A stretch of DNA of 64,000 nucleotides from Octopus sinensis. Its lineage: Eukaryota. The notes beneath the pieces are model-generated. The model searched no databases, was not told the DNA's origin, and saw nothing but the letters and a program-made list of their open reading frames with translations. The stretch covers positions 40,300,001 through 40,364,000 of the forward strand of contig NC_043013.1 in assembly GCF_006345805.1 (NCBI RefSeq), in the 5' to 3' direction. Of this stretch, positions 1 to 11,135 are shown in pieces (the first letter of the stretch is position 1; each line of letters opens with the position of its first letter). The translations under genes were made by a program, and so were the position numbers.

Positions 1-104
1 TGCTAAAGGGTTATATCTCTTATAAATAAATAATAAAAAAACGGCCAACAGCAGTTTGATATGTGGAGACATGTAATAAATTACCTAACTTGTAAAAAGA
101 ATAA

Positions 105-205
105 GAGTTGGCACTGAGAAGGGCTTCTAACCATAGAATGCTGCCTCAAGAAATCTCATCCAACCCATGCTAGCATGGAAAAAGTGGAGATAAAATGATG
201 ATGAA
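105..205 (+). mobile_element. SINE/LINE 3' tail fragment (ccaacccatgctagcatggaaa...(atg)n)
   Basis: Shares tccaacccatgctagcatggaaa..gga...aaatgatgatga with the copy at 6330-6527. Confidence 0.6.
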
Positions 206-221
206 ATATATTGAATCTTAC

Positions 222-441
222 CAAGGAGAACCATAGATCTTATAACCATGGATATCCACATAAGAATCTTCCAAGTAAGTACAGTTGGTAAGAAAAGCTT
301 TTCCTGACTCAACTTGTAAATCATTAAGGTCTCTCTCAATATCATTCTTGAAAATATACACTGGTTTTTTTAACAAATCTGTGTCGAAACTTATGTCATG
401 ATTTCCAGCAATGACTATTTTATATTGATGAGGTAGAGATC
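222..441 (-). CDS. MPPED: Metallophosphoesterase domain-containing protein (MPPED1/2-like), third coding exon; gene continues left of the window
   Basis: Acceptor ttataattgcAG at 443-442 and donor TG|GTAAG at 221-220. The 220-nt exon translates (G)SLPHQYKIVIAGNHDISFDTD...FLTNCTYLEDSYVDIHGYKIYGSP(W), with the GNH(D/E) motif. Phase 1 matches the upstream exon. Confidence 0.93.
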
Positions 442-2214
442 CTGCAATTATAAAAGCGTCTTAATAGTTTGTCTTATCAATACATTATAGGAACATAATT
501 AAGTAACATATAAGTGGAGATATGATGCAAATGAAGCAGAGATGTAGAGTGGATTTTGGTTAACCTGTGTGGCAGCCAAATTGGCCACTCTGCACAGTCA
601 ACAACTCAGTTACGCACTTCATTTACAGCAAGTATATATAAAGAGACTGCTCCACGCAGTGTGCACAGTCCATGCTCCACCACTGAAAGGAATCATGTAT
701 TCTATGCTTTTTGAAAGGATAGCTGTATGTGTGTGTGTGTGTGTGTGTGTTGATGATGGCAATGGTAGACCAAGGAACAATTAATAAGAAATAAATCAAA
801 TATGTGAATACTGGGTTTTATAGTATACCCTAACATATAGTATATCAAAATAAATGGGAAGACCTTTTATTGTAGACCCCTAGCCATAGGAACATGATGA
901 AGAAAATGAACTTTCAATGGTCAGTTTTTTGTATTAATAAATGAATGAAGCCCTTGTTCAATGTATGCCTTGTCTTATTTAAAGTAGTGATTTTAACTTG
1001 TAAATCATTATATGCTATTCTGTATGTCAAAAATCCCTTCATGCAATGTGGAAAAGTCACACACCTTCATACCTTCTTTTACCAATGCATAACACCATAG
1101 GAACAGAGAAGAGGAAACAATTTTTTTTTGTTTACTAGTTTGACTTCTTGTGATAGAAAAGAACTGTCTTTTTTTCTTTTTCTCTCTTACTCACAAAGAT
1201 TTTTATAATCAACCACATAAATGAGAGAATTTCAAAATCTCAAATTTTAGCAAAAGGAAAAATCTCATTTAAAAAATGACACATTTGTCGAATCATTTAA
1301 GAGTTAACATTGTGGATTGTAGCATTCCTTTCATGGTCTACTCCTACCCAATTTGTAATGGTACCTTGGTTACACCTCAATAGCTATGAAATAAACAGTA
1401 TTTCTTTTTATATTTGGTATTGTAATCCTTATAAGTAGTTTGAAAATTATAACAATATATACTATTGGAGCAGTAACCTGATGATATTGTCAATTTCCAG
1501 TTGAAACTGTCTTTGCATTTCATCCTTCCTGGGATGGAGCAATAAAATAAATACCACTTAAATATTCATATACATCAAATTGTTTATACCTATCACCCAC
1601 ATCTAACAGAGTCATGAAGAAATGAAATTTTGTGGGGAAAAGTATAGTACCTCGATGGAGAAGATGGGACCTTTGGTACTGTGCAGTGGTGTCCAGTTCA
1701 GGATTTGTAGTAGATTTTGATTCTGAAATTTGGAGCTAGATCCTCCATTATTTTCCATATGTATAGCCCTGCATATCTTTCACATCTCCTCTCCAGGGAG
1801 TAGATGTGTATGTATGTATGTATGTATATGTATGGTGTGCGTGCGTGTATATTGTCACAATGAGGATATTCAAACCTCTTATAGGGATATTTGTCCAAGA
1901 TACACTGGTTTAATATTTTTAATTTTAAAGAGATAATCCTTCAACGAATATATTATATAGCATATCGTAAGATATCAGACATTTTTATTGAGTTAGAAAA
2001 CAGAGAGATCTAATTCATTAATTAATCAACGTATTAACCAACAATTGTTTCATTTCTCAAATAAGATTAAAATTACAAAACATATATAAAAATATACTTT
2101 TGTATTTTAAATACCTTAGAAGGAAAATCATCAGGGTATTCAGAGGACAATAAGGATTACATTAGGATACTTTTGGAATATACAGAATATATAAACTTGT
2201 TTAATATGCGTGTA

Positions 2215-2251
<37 letters not shown>

Positions 2252-2609
2252 GTGTGTGTGTGTGTACATGCATTAAAATTATTCTTTTATTTCACTTCAA
2301 TAATAGTAATATCAACAATCATGAATTATGGGTTAAATGATATATGGGTAAATTAATATAATGAATAAAAGAAAGTAAGTGTAAAGGAAAATTAGAATAA
2401 AATTTCTGCTCATGGAATAAAATAAAGTAAAAGTGAAACAAAATTTATACCTATGTTTGTATATGTGTAAGTACATATGTGCCTACAGACAAGCATGTAC
2501 ACACACTCACATATACATAATACATACATACATGCACTTATACACACACACACATGTGCAACAAGTATGAATGTCAATAAGTACTTCAATATGCACTTGT
2601 GCTGATATA

Positions 2610-2834
2610 CTCTCTTTTACTCTTTTACATATTTCAGTCATTTGACTGCGGCCATGCTGGAGCACCGCCTTTAGTCGAACAAATCGACCCTGGGACTTAT
2701 TCTTTGTAAGCCTGGTACTTATTCTATTGGTCTCTTTTGCCGAACCGCTAAGTGATGGGGACGTAAACACACCAGCATCGGTTGTCAAGCAATGCTAGGG
2801 GGACAAACACACACACACAAACACACACACACAC

Positions 2835-2902
<68 letters not shown>

Positions 2903-3105
2903 ATTATATATATATATATATATATATGTACATACATATATACGACAGGCCTCCCCCAGCTTCCGTTCACCAAATCCACTCACAATGCATTGGTCGGCCC
3001 GGGCTATAGCAGAAGACACTTGCCCAAGATGCCACACAGTGGGACTGAACCCGGAACTATGTGGTTGGTTAGCAAGCTACTTACCACACAGCCACTCCTG
3101 CGTCT
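2610..3105 (-). mobile_element. tRNA-derived SINE family A with central (AT)n/(CA)n
   Basis: Reverse complement of the family seen at 10241, 19692 and 22925 (head ggcgcaggagtggctgtgtggtaag...ggttcagtccc; tail gaaacaagtaaaagagtaaaagag). Confidence 0.9.
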
Positions 3106-3394
3106 ATATATATGTTCCTTTCCAATTTAATCTTTTAGGTATATAGATTAATTTATATATGAGCAGATATAAAGTAAAGATAAGATACAAATGAAATAAA
3201 ATTAAATTAAAATATAAAGAATATAAAAATAAAAATAGAAATTAAAATGAATATAAAAATAATAAATAAAAATAAAATAAATGTATAGAAAATAAAGCAG
3301 AAATAAAATAAAATAAAACAGAATGAATGAAAGTGAAATAAACTGTAATAAATCCATGTATAGGTGTGTATGCTTATATACATATACATCTAAA

Positions 3395-3428
<34 letters not shown>

Positions 3429-3900
3429 CATATTGGGGTTGGACAAAATAATGGAAACACCTAGCATCATAGCATCATAATTTTGAAATATCTATAAAAC
3501 TGTCAAAAGCTTGTTTATTTTTATGTTTTTTGATTTATTATTAGTGTTGCTCAATATGTTTTGCTAAAATTGCTGTTTCTTTTCATATATCATTAGAAAA
3601 AGGTAATCAAAATTCATTAAAATTACAGATCTATTGGACTTTCAAAGATGTCAAATTGTTGGTGCTCATATGACAAGTGCTAGCATAACAAAACAGCCGA
3701 AATGTTTGGTGTATCAAGAAGTACTGTCTTGAAAGTAATGACAGCCTTTGAGAAAGAGAGAAAAACCACCATGTCGAAACAAAACTCCGGAAGAAAACCA
3801 AAACTTTCAGATAGGGACCAGCAGGCTCTTACGTGAATTGTTAGAAAGGATCATAATAGTACAGCTCCAAAAATTACTGCAGAGCTTAATGACCACCTCA
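3429..3900 (+). mobile_element. Tc1-like transposon, 5' fragment
   Basis: TA followed by TIR-like ...ggggttggacaaaataatggaaacacc. Frameshifted N-terminal transposase DFQRCQIVGAHM...AEMFGVSRSTV...SGRKPKLSDRD...TAPKITAELNDHL, truncated at (AT)n. Confidence 0.8.
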
Positions 3901-5072
3901 ATATATATATATATATATATTGAAATTTACTGAAAATGCTCTTCCTATGGTTTTGAAGTGTAAAAAATATTGGCCAAAATAGGTCCGGAGTGGGATGATG
4001 TGGGAAGGGGTGTAAAAAATAAGTTTACAAAACATTTTTCATACAAAGATGCCCCTACCCCACCTATCATTTCGAAGGCTGTGGTTTAAAAATCACGAGG
4101 AAAATCCCTGAAAAAATTTTCCTCACAAATTTCTTTATAATCATTATCTGTGCTGTTTGAAAGGGATTTATATAAAGTTTCATTAAAAGATACTCATCTT
4201 CCTGTAAGTTATGAGGTAAAAATGTCAGATCATGTGAATTTTCCAAAACTCCTCTCTGCACCCCTTCAGAAAAATTCTTTCTCATAAATCACTATATACT
4301 CTGAAGCCACAACATCTAAGCGGTATTTGTAGAAAATTTTGTTAAAAAGTATCCATTATTCTGGATGTCATGAGGGAGCAAATTTAAGGGTGTATACATC
4401 TGTAGTAATACCTTTTATTTATACAATATTTTTCATTTCATGTTTATTTTATTCATTGTTTGCAATGTTCTCTCTCTCTCTCACACACACACACTACAAG
4501 GCTTACAGAAGGGCTGCTGAATTGAAATCTCTATGTTGCTTTGAGGGAAGGTAAAACTTGACAAACTGCTTCTCTCTCTGTTCTTGGACTACCGTGATGT
4601 TTGTTTAAAAAAGAGAGATTATGACTGTGATAAAATAATGAAAGCAATAATTATTAAACAAGTGAGCACTATTATACAAAGAAATAATTAGATATAAAAT
4701 ATAAAGATTATTAGAATTCGGAATCAAATGTGAAAATATTATTACTTGGCTAGGAGAAAAATGTCCAGGACACTCTCTGTCCTGCATTGGACTAAACAGA
4801 GCAGGAACATACACGAGGATGGAAAATGTCACTGAAGATCTCACAGATGTGTAACAAAAGATTTCTGGACAATGGACATCAGTTAAAATAAGAACAGTAA
4901 TAAATGAATGAAGAATGAATATATAGATATATAGTGCATGTCTTTAATTGGCAAAAAAAGAAAAAGGAAAAAGACCACCCCGAAGTATAACAATATATAC
5001 ATACATACATATATATATATTCTTATATTTATTTGTAATGTAGCTGTGATTATAGGAATGCTTATATGTATG

Positions 5073-5103
<31 letters not shown>

Positions 5104-5215
5104 GTATATATATGTATGTATATACATGTATGTATATATATATGTAGGTATATATATGTATGTATATGGATGTATGTATATAGATGTATGTATATATGTA
5201 TATATATGTGTATAT

Positions 5216-5527
5216 GGAGGCGCAATGGCCCAGTGGTTAGGGCAGCGGACTTGCGGTCGAAGGATCGCGGTTTCGATTCCCAGACCGGGCGTTGTGTGTG
5301 TTTATTGAGCGAAAACACCTAAAAGCTCCACGAGGCTCCGGCAGAGAATGGTGGCGATCCCTGCTGTACTCTTTCGCCACAACTTTCTCTCACTCTTTCT
5401 TCTGTTGGCCTGCTCGCTTAGCCAGCGGGGTGGCGTCATTTGAAGGCTAAAACAATGCGAAGCGCATTGTGACCAGCGATGTGTAGCAACGTCTGATAGC
5501 CTGGTCGGTCACGGTGACGGTGACGAT
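5216..5527 (+). mobile_element. tRNA-derived SINE family C, near full length
   Basis: A box TGGCCCAGTGG (5226-5236) and B box GTTTCGATTCC (5270-5280), followed by a non-tRNA body. The 3' half recurs at 48065-48180; tail is (ggtgac)n. Confidence 0.85.
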
Positions 5528-6329
5528 ATGTGTATATATATACATGTATATATGTATATATATTACATACAGACACAGGCATGTAAAGCATATTAGTTAC
5601 TCTATTAAAATTTTCTTTAATGTGCCAATGTTTAGTATTGATAAGATAAGGCTATTTCAACATTACATGAGATAAAATTATACGATTTAACAGCTATTTG
5701 CTTCCATACAATAGCTTTTGATCTTCACTTCTAAGTATTATTATTATTTTTTTCTGCTTTCTATTATGTACTTACATACTGTAAATGAGATAAAATGAAC
5801 ACTGAAAAGTCTATAAAATGAAGGAGAAGCTGTACAAACTTTAAACAAATACTAATTTTTATAGAAGGTCATAGCTTGTGTGCTTTTTTTTCTCATTTCT
5901 GTGTTGCCAGCAATTTGCTGTTTTAAGTAGATCATAATGGGTGAATTCAGACATGGGGAATCTAGAAGTGTATCAGTTCATTGTCACTATGTGATATGCA
6001 AGTATGTCTGTACATGAAGATATTGCTCTCAGTAGCTTCCTGAGTCTGGGAAAGATGGTTCTGCAATCTCTTGCTGAACAATCTGCTCAGATTATTTGTT
6101 TACCTCGATCAAATGTTTGTGCAGTACATGAGCTATCTCTATCTCTCCTTACTGACATTGCTTGTACAGACGCATGAGCGGCCACATATCCGATATCGAA
6201 GTGATTGTATAACAACGAGATGAAATCTTTTGCTCAAGAACACAACACACTGCCTGGTCCATGAATTGAAACCATGATTTTGCGATCATGTGGATGTACA
6301 CATGTTAAAGTATACATGTATGTTTAAAG

Positions 6330-6527
6330 TATGGCCGTTTGCCAGCCCTGTCTGGCATGTAAAAAGCACCCACTACACTCACAGAGTGGTTGGCATTAGG
6401 AAGGGCATCCAGCTGTAGAAACATTGCCAGATCAGACTGGGCCTGGTGCAGCCTTCTGGTCTCCCAGACCCCAGTTGAACTGTCCAACCCATGCTAGCAT
6501 GGAAAGCGGACTCTAAATGATGATGAT
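6330..6527 (+). mobile_element. SINE/LINE 3' tail fragment ending in (atg)n
   Basis: Same ccaacccatgctagcatggaaag...aaatgatgatgat end as 105-205. Confidence 0.65.
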
Positions 6528-6546
6528 ATATATATGTTTATATATA

Positions 6547-6581
<35 letters not shown>

Positions 6582-6769
6582 GCTAAGCAATTAAGGGTTT
6601 AGCAACGAATTGCCTTACCACACACCGAATTTAGAAATAGCAGTCAAAGAGATTATAGCTATTTCTTCTACTAAAGGGAGATCACAGTAAAGGCACAGCA
6701 TTTGAAAGGCAAACACAAACAGGTGAGAGAGAAAGAATTAACGGCAATCTATCATACAGTTTTAAGTCA

Positions 6770-6861
6770 CCTACGGACGTACGTTTCGAGATCAAGTCTT
6801 AGGAAAGCATAAGAATTAGATAACTCTACCTTACCCAGACTTCTTCTTTCATCAGCGCAGG
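6770..6861 (-). ncRNA. Type I hammerhead ribozyme fold, minus-strand copy
   Basis: Reverse complement of 7661-7752: CCUGCG CUGAUGA [stem II] GAAAC GUAC GUC CGUAGG. Confidence 0.8.
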
Positions 6862-7660
6862 ATACAGACAATCATGAATGATTGAATATTGAATTTTGAG
6901 ATACTAGAAGGCACCAACTCAACTCAGAATCAGAGCGAGTTGAAGCCACAGCTAGTATCACCGAATTCAAAGTATGAATGAAAGCCCGCGTCACCAGTCC
7001 CTTCCCACCCGCGTGTAGCCAAGACAAAATGCTGTGGTCATTCACTGGGATGAATATGGCTATGAGTAACAATGAAGGGTGAAATTAATTAATTTGGAAG
7101 GGTAAGGTAGAGTTATCTAATTCTTATGCTTTCCTAAGACTTGATCTCGAAACGTACGTCCGTAGGTGACTTAAAACTGTATGATAGATTGCCGTTAATT
7201 CTTTCTCTCTCACCTGTTTGTGTTTGCCTTTCAAATGCTGTGCCTTTACTGTGATCTCCCTTTTAGTAGAAGAAATAGCTATAATCTCTTTGACTGCTAT
7301 TTCTAAATTCGGTGTGTGGTAAGGCAATTCGTTGCTAAACCCTTAATTGCTTAGTATTACTTAAATTTTCCTCGAATGAGGCTTTTACATGCCGAAGACT
7401 ACTTGGTGTAATTGATAATTATACCAAATTAATTAATTTCACCCTTCATTGTTACTCATAGCCATATTCATCCCAGTGAATGACCACAGCATTTTGTCTT
7501 GGCTACACGCGGGTGGGAAGGGACTGGTGACGCGGGCTTTCATTCATACTTTGAATTCGGTGATACTAGCTGTGGCTTCTAGCTCGCTCTGATACTGAGT
7601 TGAGTTGGTGCCTTCTAGTATCTCAAAATTCAATATTCAATCATTCATGATTGTCTGTAT

Positions 7661-7752
7661 CCTGCGCTGATGAAAGAAGAAGTCTGGGTAAGGTAGAGTT
7701 ATCTAATTCTTATGCTTTCCTAAGACTTGATCTCGAAACGTACGTCCGTAGG
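7661..7752 (+). ncRNA. Type I hammerhead ribozyme fold, plus-strand copy; predicted cleavage after C7746
   Basis: Stem I CCUGCG(7661-66)/CGUAGG(7747-52), 5 Watson-Crick pairs plus 1 G-U. Core CUGAUGA 7667-73. Stem II AAGAAGAAGUCU(7674-85)/AGACUUGAUCUC(7723-34) pairs at 9 of 12 positions with an inner hairpin. GAAA 7735-38. Two-bp stem III (AC/GU) with palindromic GUAC loop. GUC cleavage triplet 7744-46. Confidence 0.8.
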
Positions 7753-7898
7753 TGACTTAAAACTGTATGATAGATTGCCGTTAATTCTTTCTCTCTCACC
7801 TGTTTGTGTTTGCCTTTCAAATGCTGTGCCTTTACTGTGATCTCCCTTTTAGTAGAAGAAATAGCTATAATCTCTTTGACTGCTATTTCTAAATTCGG

Positions 7899-7929
<31 letters not shown>

Positions 7930-7959
7930 GTGTTTATATATATATATATATGTGTGTGT

Positions 7960-8022
<63 letters not shown>

Positions 8023-8039
8023 GTATATATATATGTATA

Positions 8040-8083
<44 letters not shown>

Positions 8084-8137
8084 GTGTTATATATATATAA
8101 TATATATATATATATTATATATATATATATATATATG

Positions 8138-8200
<63 letters not shown>

Positions 8201-8321
8201 GTATATATTTATGTATATATATATATATGTATATATATGTATATATATATGTATATATATATATATGTAATATATATATGTATATATATATATGCATATA
8301 TATATAATATATATATATATG

Positions 8322-8380
<59 letters not shown>

Positions 8381-8381
8381 G

Positions 8382-8412
<31 letters not shown>

Positions 8413-8431
8413 GTATATGTATATATATATA

Positions 8432-8479
<48 letters not shown>

Positions 8480-8512
8480 TGTACACATACACACACATAC
8501 ATGCACACTAAG
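7899..8512. repeat. Very long interrupted (AT)n microsatellite (about 610 bp)
   Basis: Direct reading; it produces the spurious YI-repeat ORFs. Confidence 0.98.
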
Positions 8513-8590
8513 TGAAATAATGAAAGTTAACTGAAACACAAAGACAGAATACTTTTTAGAAATAAGTCAGAAAAAGTTTAAATATATTAC

Positions 8591-8872
8591 CGAGAAAATC
8601 ATTGAATTTTTTAATGTTTGACAAGCGTCCACAGTTTGAAAAATCTCCTGCATGAAGTAAAACATCACCTTCTGGCACAAAGTCCTCCTTTTTCTCTATG
8701 TTGCAATGGGTGTCAGAAATACAAACAAACCGTAGATATTTATCTGGGTCCCTTGTATGGATCAAACTTAGGGGATCTACTTTTTCAATATGTAAGTTTT
8801 TCTTATATTTTTCCCATGCTTTATCCGGTGTTTCACTTAATGAATCAACTTTCAATGTATTGGATCCTGAAA
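8591..8872 (-). CDS. MPPED: MPPED1/2-like metallophosphoesterase, second coding exon
   Basis: Acceptor gatattttgcAG at 8874-8873 and donor CTC G|GTAAT at 8590-8589. Translates (V)SGSNTLKVDSLSETPDKAWEKY...RFVCISDTH...GDVLLHAGDFSNCG...KKFNDFL(G), with the DxH and GD motifs. The ORF track M at 8855 is a TTG, not the start. Confidence 0.93.
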
Positions 8873-8902
8873 CTGCAAAATATCACATAATCAGTGTCAT
8901 TA

Positions 8903-8971
8903 ATTATTATTATTATTACTGGTTTCAAATTTTGGCACAATGCCAGCAATTTTGAGGAGGGAATTATTATA

Positions 8972-9012
<41 letters not shown>

Positions 9013-9036
9013 TATCATCATCATCATCATTATTAT
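8903..9036. repeat. (ATT)n/(ATC)n microsatellite
   Basis: Direct reading. Confidence 0.95.
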
Positions 9037-9252
9037 TAAGGCTGCAAGCTTGCAGAATTGTTATCATGCTGGGCAAAATTCTTATTGGCTTTTCATCTGT
9101 CTATATGTTCTGAGTTGAAATTCCACTGAGGTTAACTTTACCTTTCATCTTTTTGGAGTTGCTGAAATAAATACCAGTGAAACACTGGGGTCAATGTAAT
9201 CGACTTATCCCCACCCCCAAAATTGCTCCCCTTGTGGAAAAATTTGAAATCT
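9037..9252 (+). mobile_element. tRNA-derived SINE family B (taaggcggcgagctggcagaa...gagttcaaattc...)
   Basis: Diverged copy of the family also seen at 10673, 10941, 24060, 30135, 31133, 34672 and 46690. Confidence 0.8.
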
Positions 9253-9710
9253 TTTCTAGCTTCTTTACTTTTAACAATGAAGAAAATGGTAATGAATAGA
9301 GGAAATATAGGAAATAGAGGAAATAGTAATGAATAGAGGAAAAATCTTTCAGGTGTTTACGTTTTTATTCTGGGAGTTCTAGAATGATCGAGTATTAGTT
9401 CTCTCTTCTTTTCCCCCACTGCCGGTACTTATTCGCTTTCTTTCATAGTTCTTCATGTCCTTCAGTTGGTGGGAAAGACCATGTTTTCCTCTCAGGCACG
9501 TATAAAGTTTTTCTCTACAAACTAGCCCCCACTTTCATCTTTTTTTTTTTTTTTTATTTTACACAGAAGCTAATGCAAATTTTGAACTGAGTATAGCTGT
9601 GAAAAGAGCCCAGAAAAATGGATAATACCCACTACAAAATAGATGTTGGAGAAAGGTTGCCAACAGGTGGCTACACGAAATTTGACTCTATACTTTAAAG
9701 AGTGACTTTT

Positions 9711-9968
9711 ACTATAGCCTCGGGCTGACCAAAGCCTCATGAGTGAATTTGGTAGACAGAAACTGAAAGAAGCCCATATATATATATATATGTGTGTGTG
9801 TGTGTATGTTTGTGTCCCCCGTAACTTAGCTGTTCAGCAGAAGAGATTGATAGAATAAGCACCAGGCTTATAGGGCATAAGTCCAGGGATCGATTTCTTT
9901 GATAAAAGGGCAGTGCTCTAGCATGGCCATTGTCAAATGACTGAAACAAGTTAAAGAATAAAAGAATA
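9711..9968 (+). mobile_element. SINE family A, 5'-truncated
   Basis: actatagcctcgggctgaccaaagcc...gaaacaagttaaagaataaaagaata. Confidence 0.85.
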
Positions 9969-10240
9969 CCAGAAGAACGTTCCATACAACTAAACCAAGA
10001 AAGTCCTTTGAATATGTACAATGTATTTTAAGGCTAAATAATAATTCTGTTTATGTTTGTGTAACAGATATTTTGGGTGTATTATGTAGCTATTGGTTTT
10101 ACACTTCTTTCTATAGTCTGTAACTGTCACAATATAGAAACATTTCTCATGGCACCACCACACTATTTACAGATGCTTACATATTTTATGTTTTCCATGA
10201 ATTTTTCAAGGGTCCAGCTAGTTATTATTATTATTATTAT

Positions 10241-10660
10241 AGGCGCAGGAGTGGCTGTGTGGTAAGTAGCTTGTTTACCAACCACATGGTCCCGGATTCA
10301 GTCCCACTGCGTGGCCTCTAGGGCAAGTGTCTTCTACTATAGCCTCGGGCCGACCAAAGCCTTGTGAGTGGATTTGGTAGATGGAAACTGAAAGAAGCCC
10401 GTCGTATATATGTATATATATATATATATGTGTGTGTGTGTTTGTGTGTCTGTGTTTGTCCCCCAAGCATTGCTTGACAACTGATGCTGGTGTGTTTACG
10501 TCCCCGTCACTTAGCGGTTCGGCAAAAGAGACCGATAGAATAAGTACTGGGCTTTCAAAGAATAAGCCCCGGGGTCGAGTTGCTTGATTAAAGGCGGTGC
10601 TCCAGCATGGCCGCAGTCAAATGACTGAAACAAGTAAAAGACTAAAAGAGTAAAAGAGAG
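10241..10660 (+). mobile_element. SINE family A, full length
   Basis: tRNA-like head, central (AT)/(GT) tract and (taaaagag)n tail. Confidence 0.9.
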
Positions 10661-10672
10661 AGAGATTTATTA

Positions 10673-10884
10673 TTAAAGCAGCAACTTAGCAGAATCATTA
10701 GTATGGCAGGCAAAATGCTTAGCGGCATTTCATCTGTCTATACGTTCTGAGTTCAAATTCCACCAAGGTTGACTTTGCCTTTCATCCTTTCGGAGTTGAT
10801 GAAATAAGTACCAGTTACACACTGGGGTCAATGTGATCGACTCCCCACCACCAAATTCCAGGCCTTGTGCTCATAGTAGAAAGG

Positions 10885-10934
<50 letters not shown>

Positions 10935-11135
10935 TATTATTAAGGCAGTGAGCAGGCAGAGTTGTTAGTACACCAAGCTAAATGCTTAGCAGAATTTCAT
11001 CTGTCTTTATGTCCTGAGTTCAAATTCTGCAATGGTCAACTTTATCTTTCATACTTTCGAGATCAATGAAATAGGTACCAGTTGAGAACAGGGTTCAATG
11101 TAATCAATTTACCCCCTCCTCCAAAATTATTGACT
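10673..11135 (+). mobile_element. Two tandem SINE family B copies (10673-10890, 10941-11135) separated by (ATT)n
   Basis: Both carry ctgagttcaaattc...tttcat.cttt...aagtaccagtt...gggtcaatgt.atc. Confidence 0.85.

Larger units (their letters stand above)
6583..7899. mobile_element. Hammerhead-ribozyme-bearing non-coding repeat element (retrozyme / Penelope pLTR-like): 586-bp unit in tandem plus an inverted copy
   Basis: 7100-7313 is repeated at 7686-7899 (period 586). 6583-6836 is the reverse complement of 7100-7354, and 6837-7097 is the reverse complement of 7424-7685, with only about 4 differences. Flanked on both sides by (TA)n. No RT or endonuclease ORF. Confidence 0.85.

Noticed and set aside
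5216-5295. tRNA-like sequence read as a tRNA gene (also the SINE A and B heads)
   Set aside because: A and B boxes are present, but there is no complete cloverleaf and the sequence runs into a multi-copy SINE body.
2782-8539. Many ORFs of YI/CV/HT repeats (also near 41197, 44972 and 47890)
   Set aside because: They are translations of (AT)n, (GT)n and (ATGT)n microsatellites, which lack stops in some frames.
8556-8855. ORF track start and end for the phosphoesterase
   Set aside because: The start is a TTG inside an exon and the tail reads into the intron; spliced coordinates are used instead.
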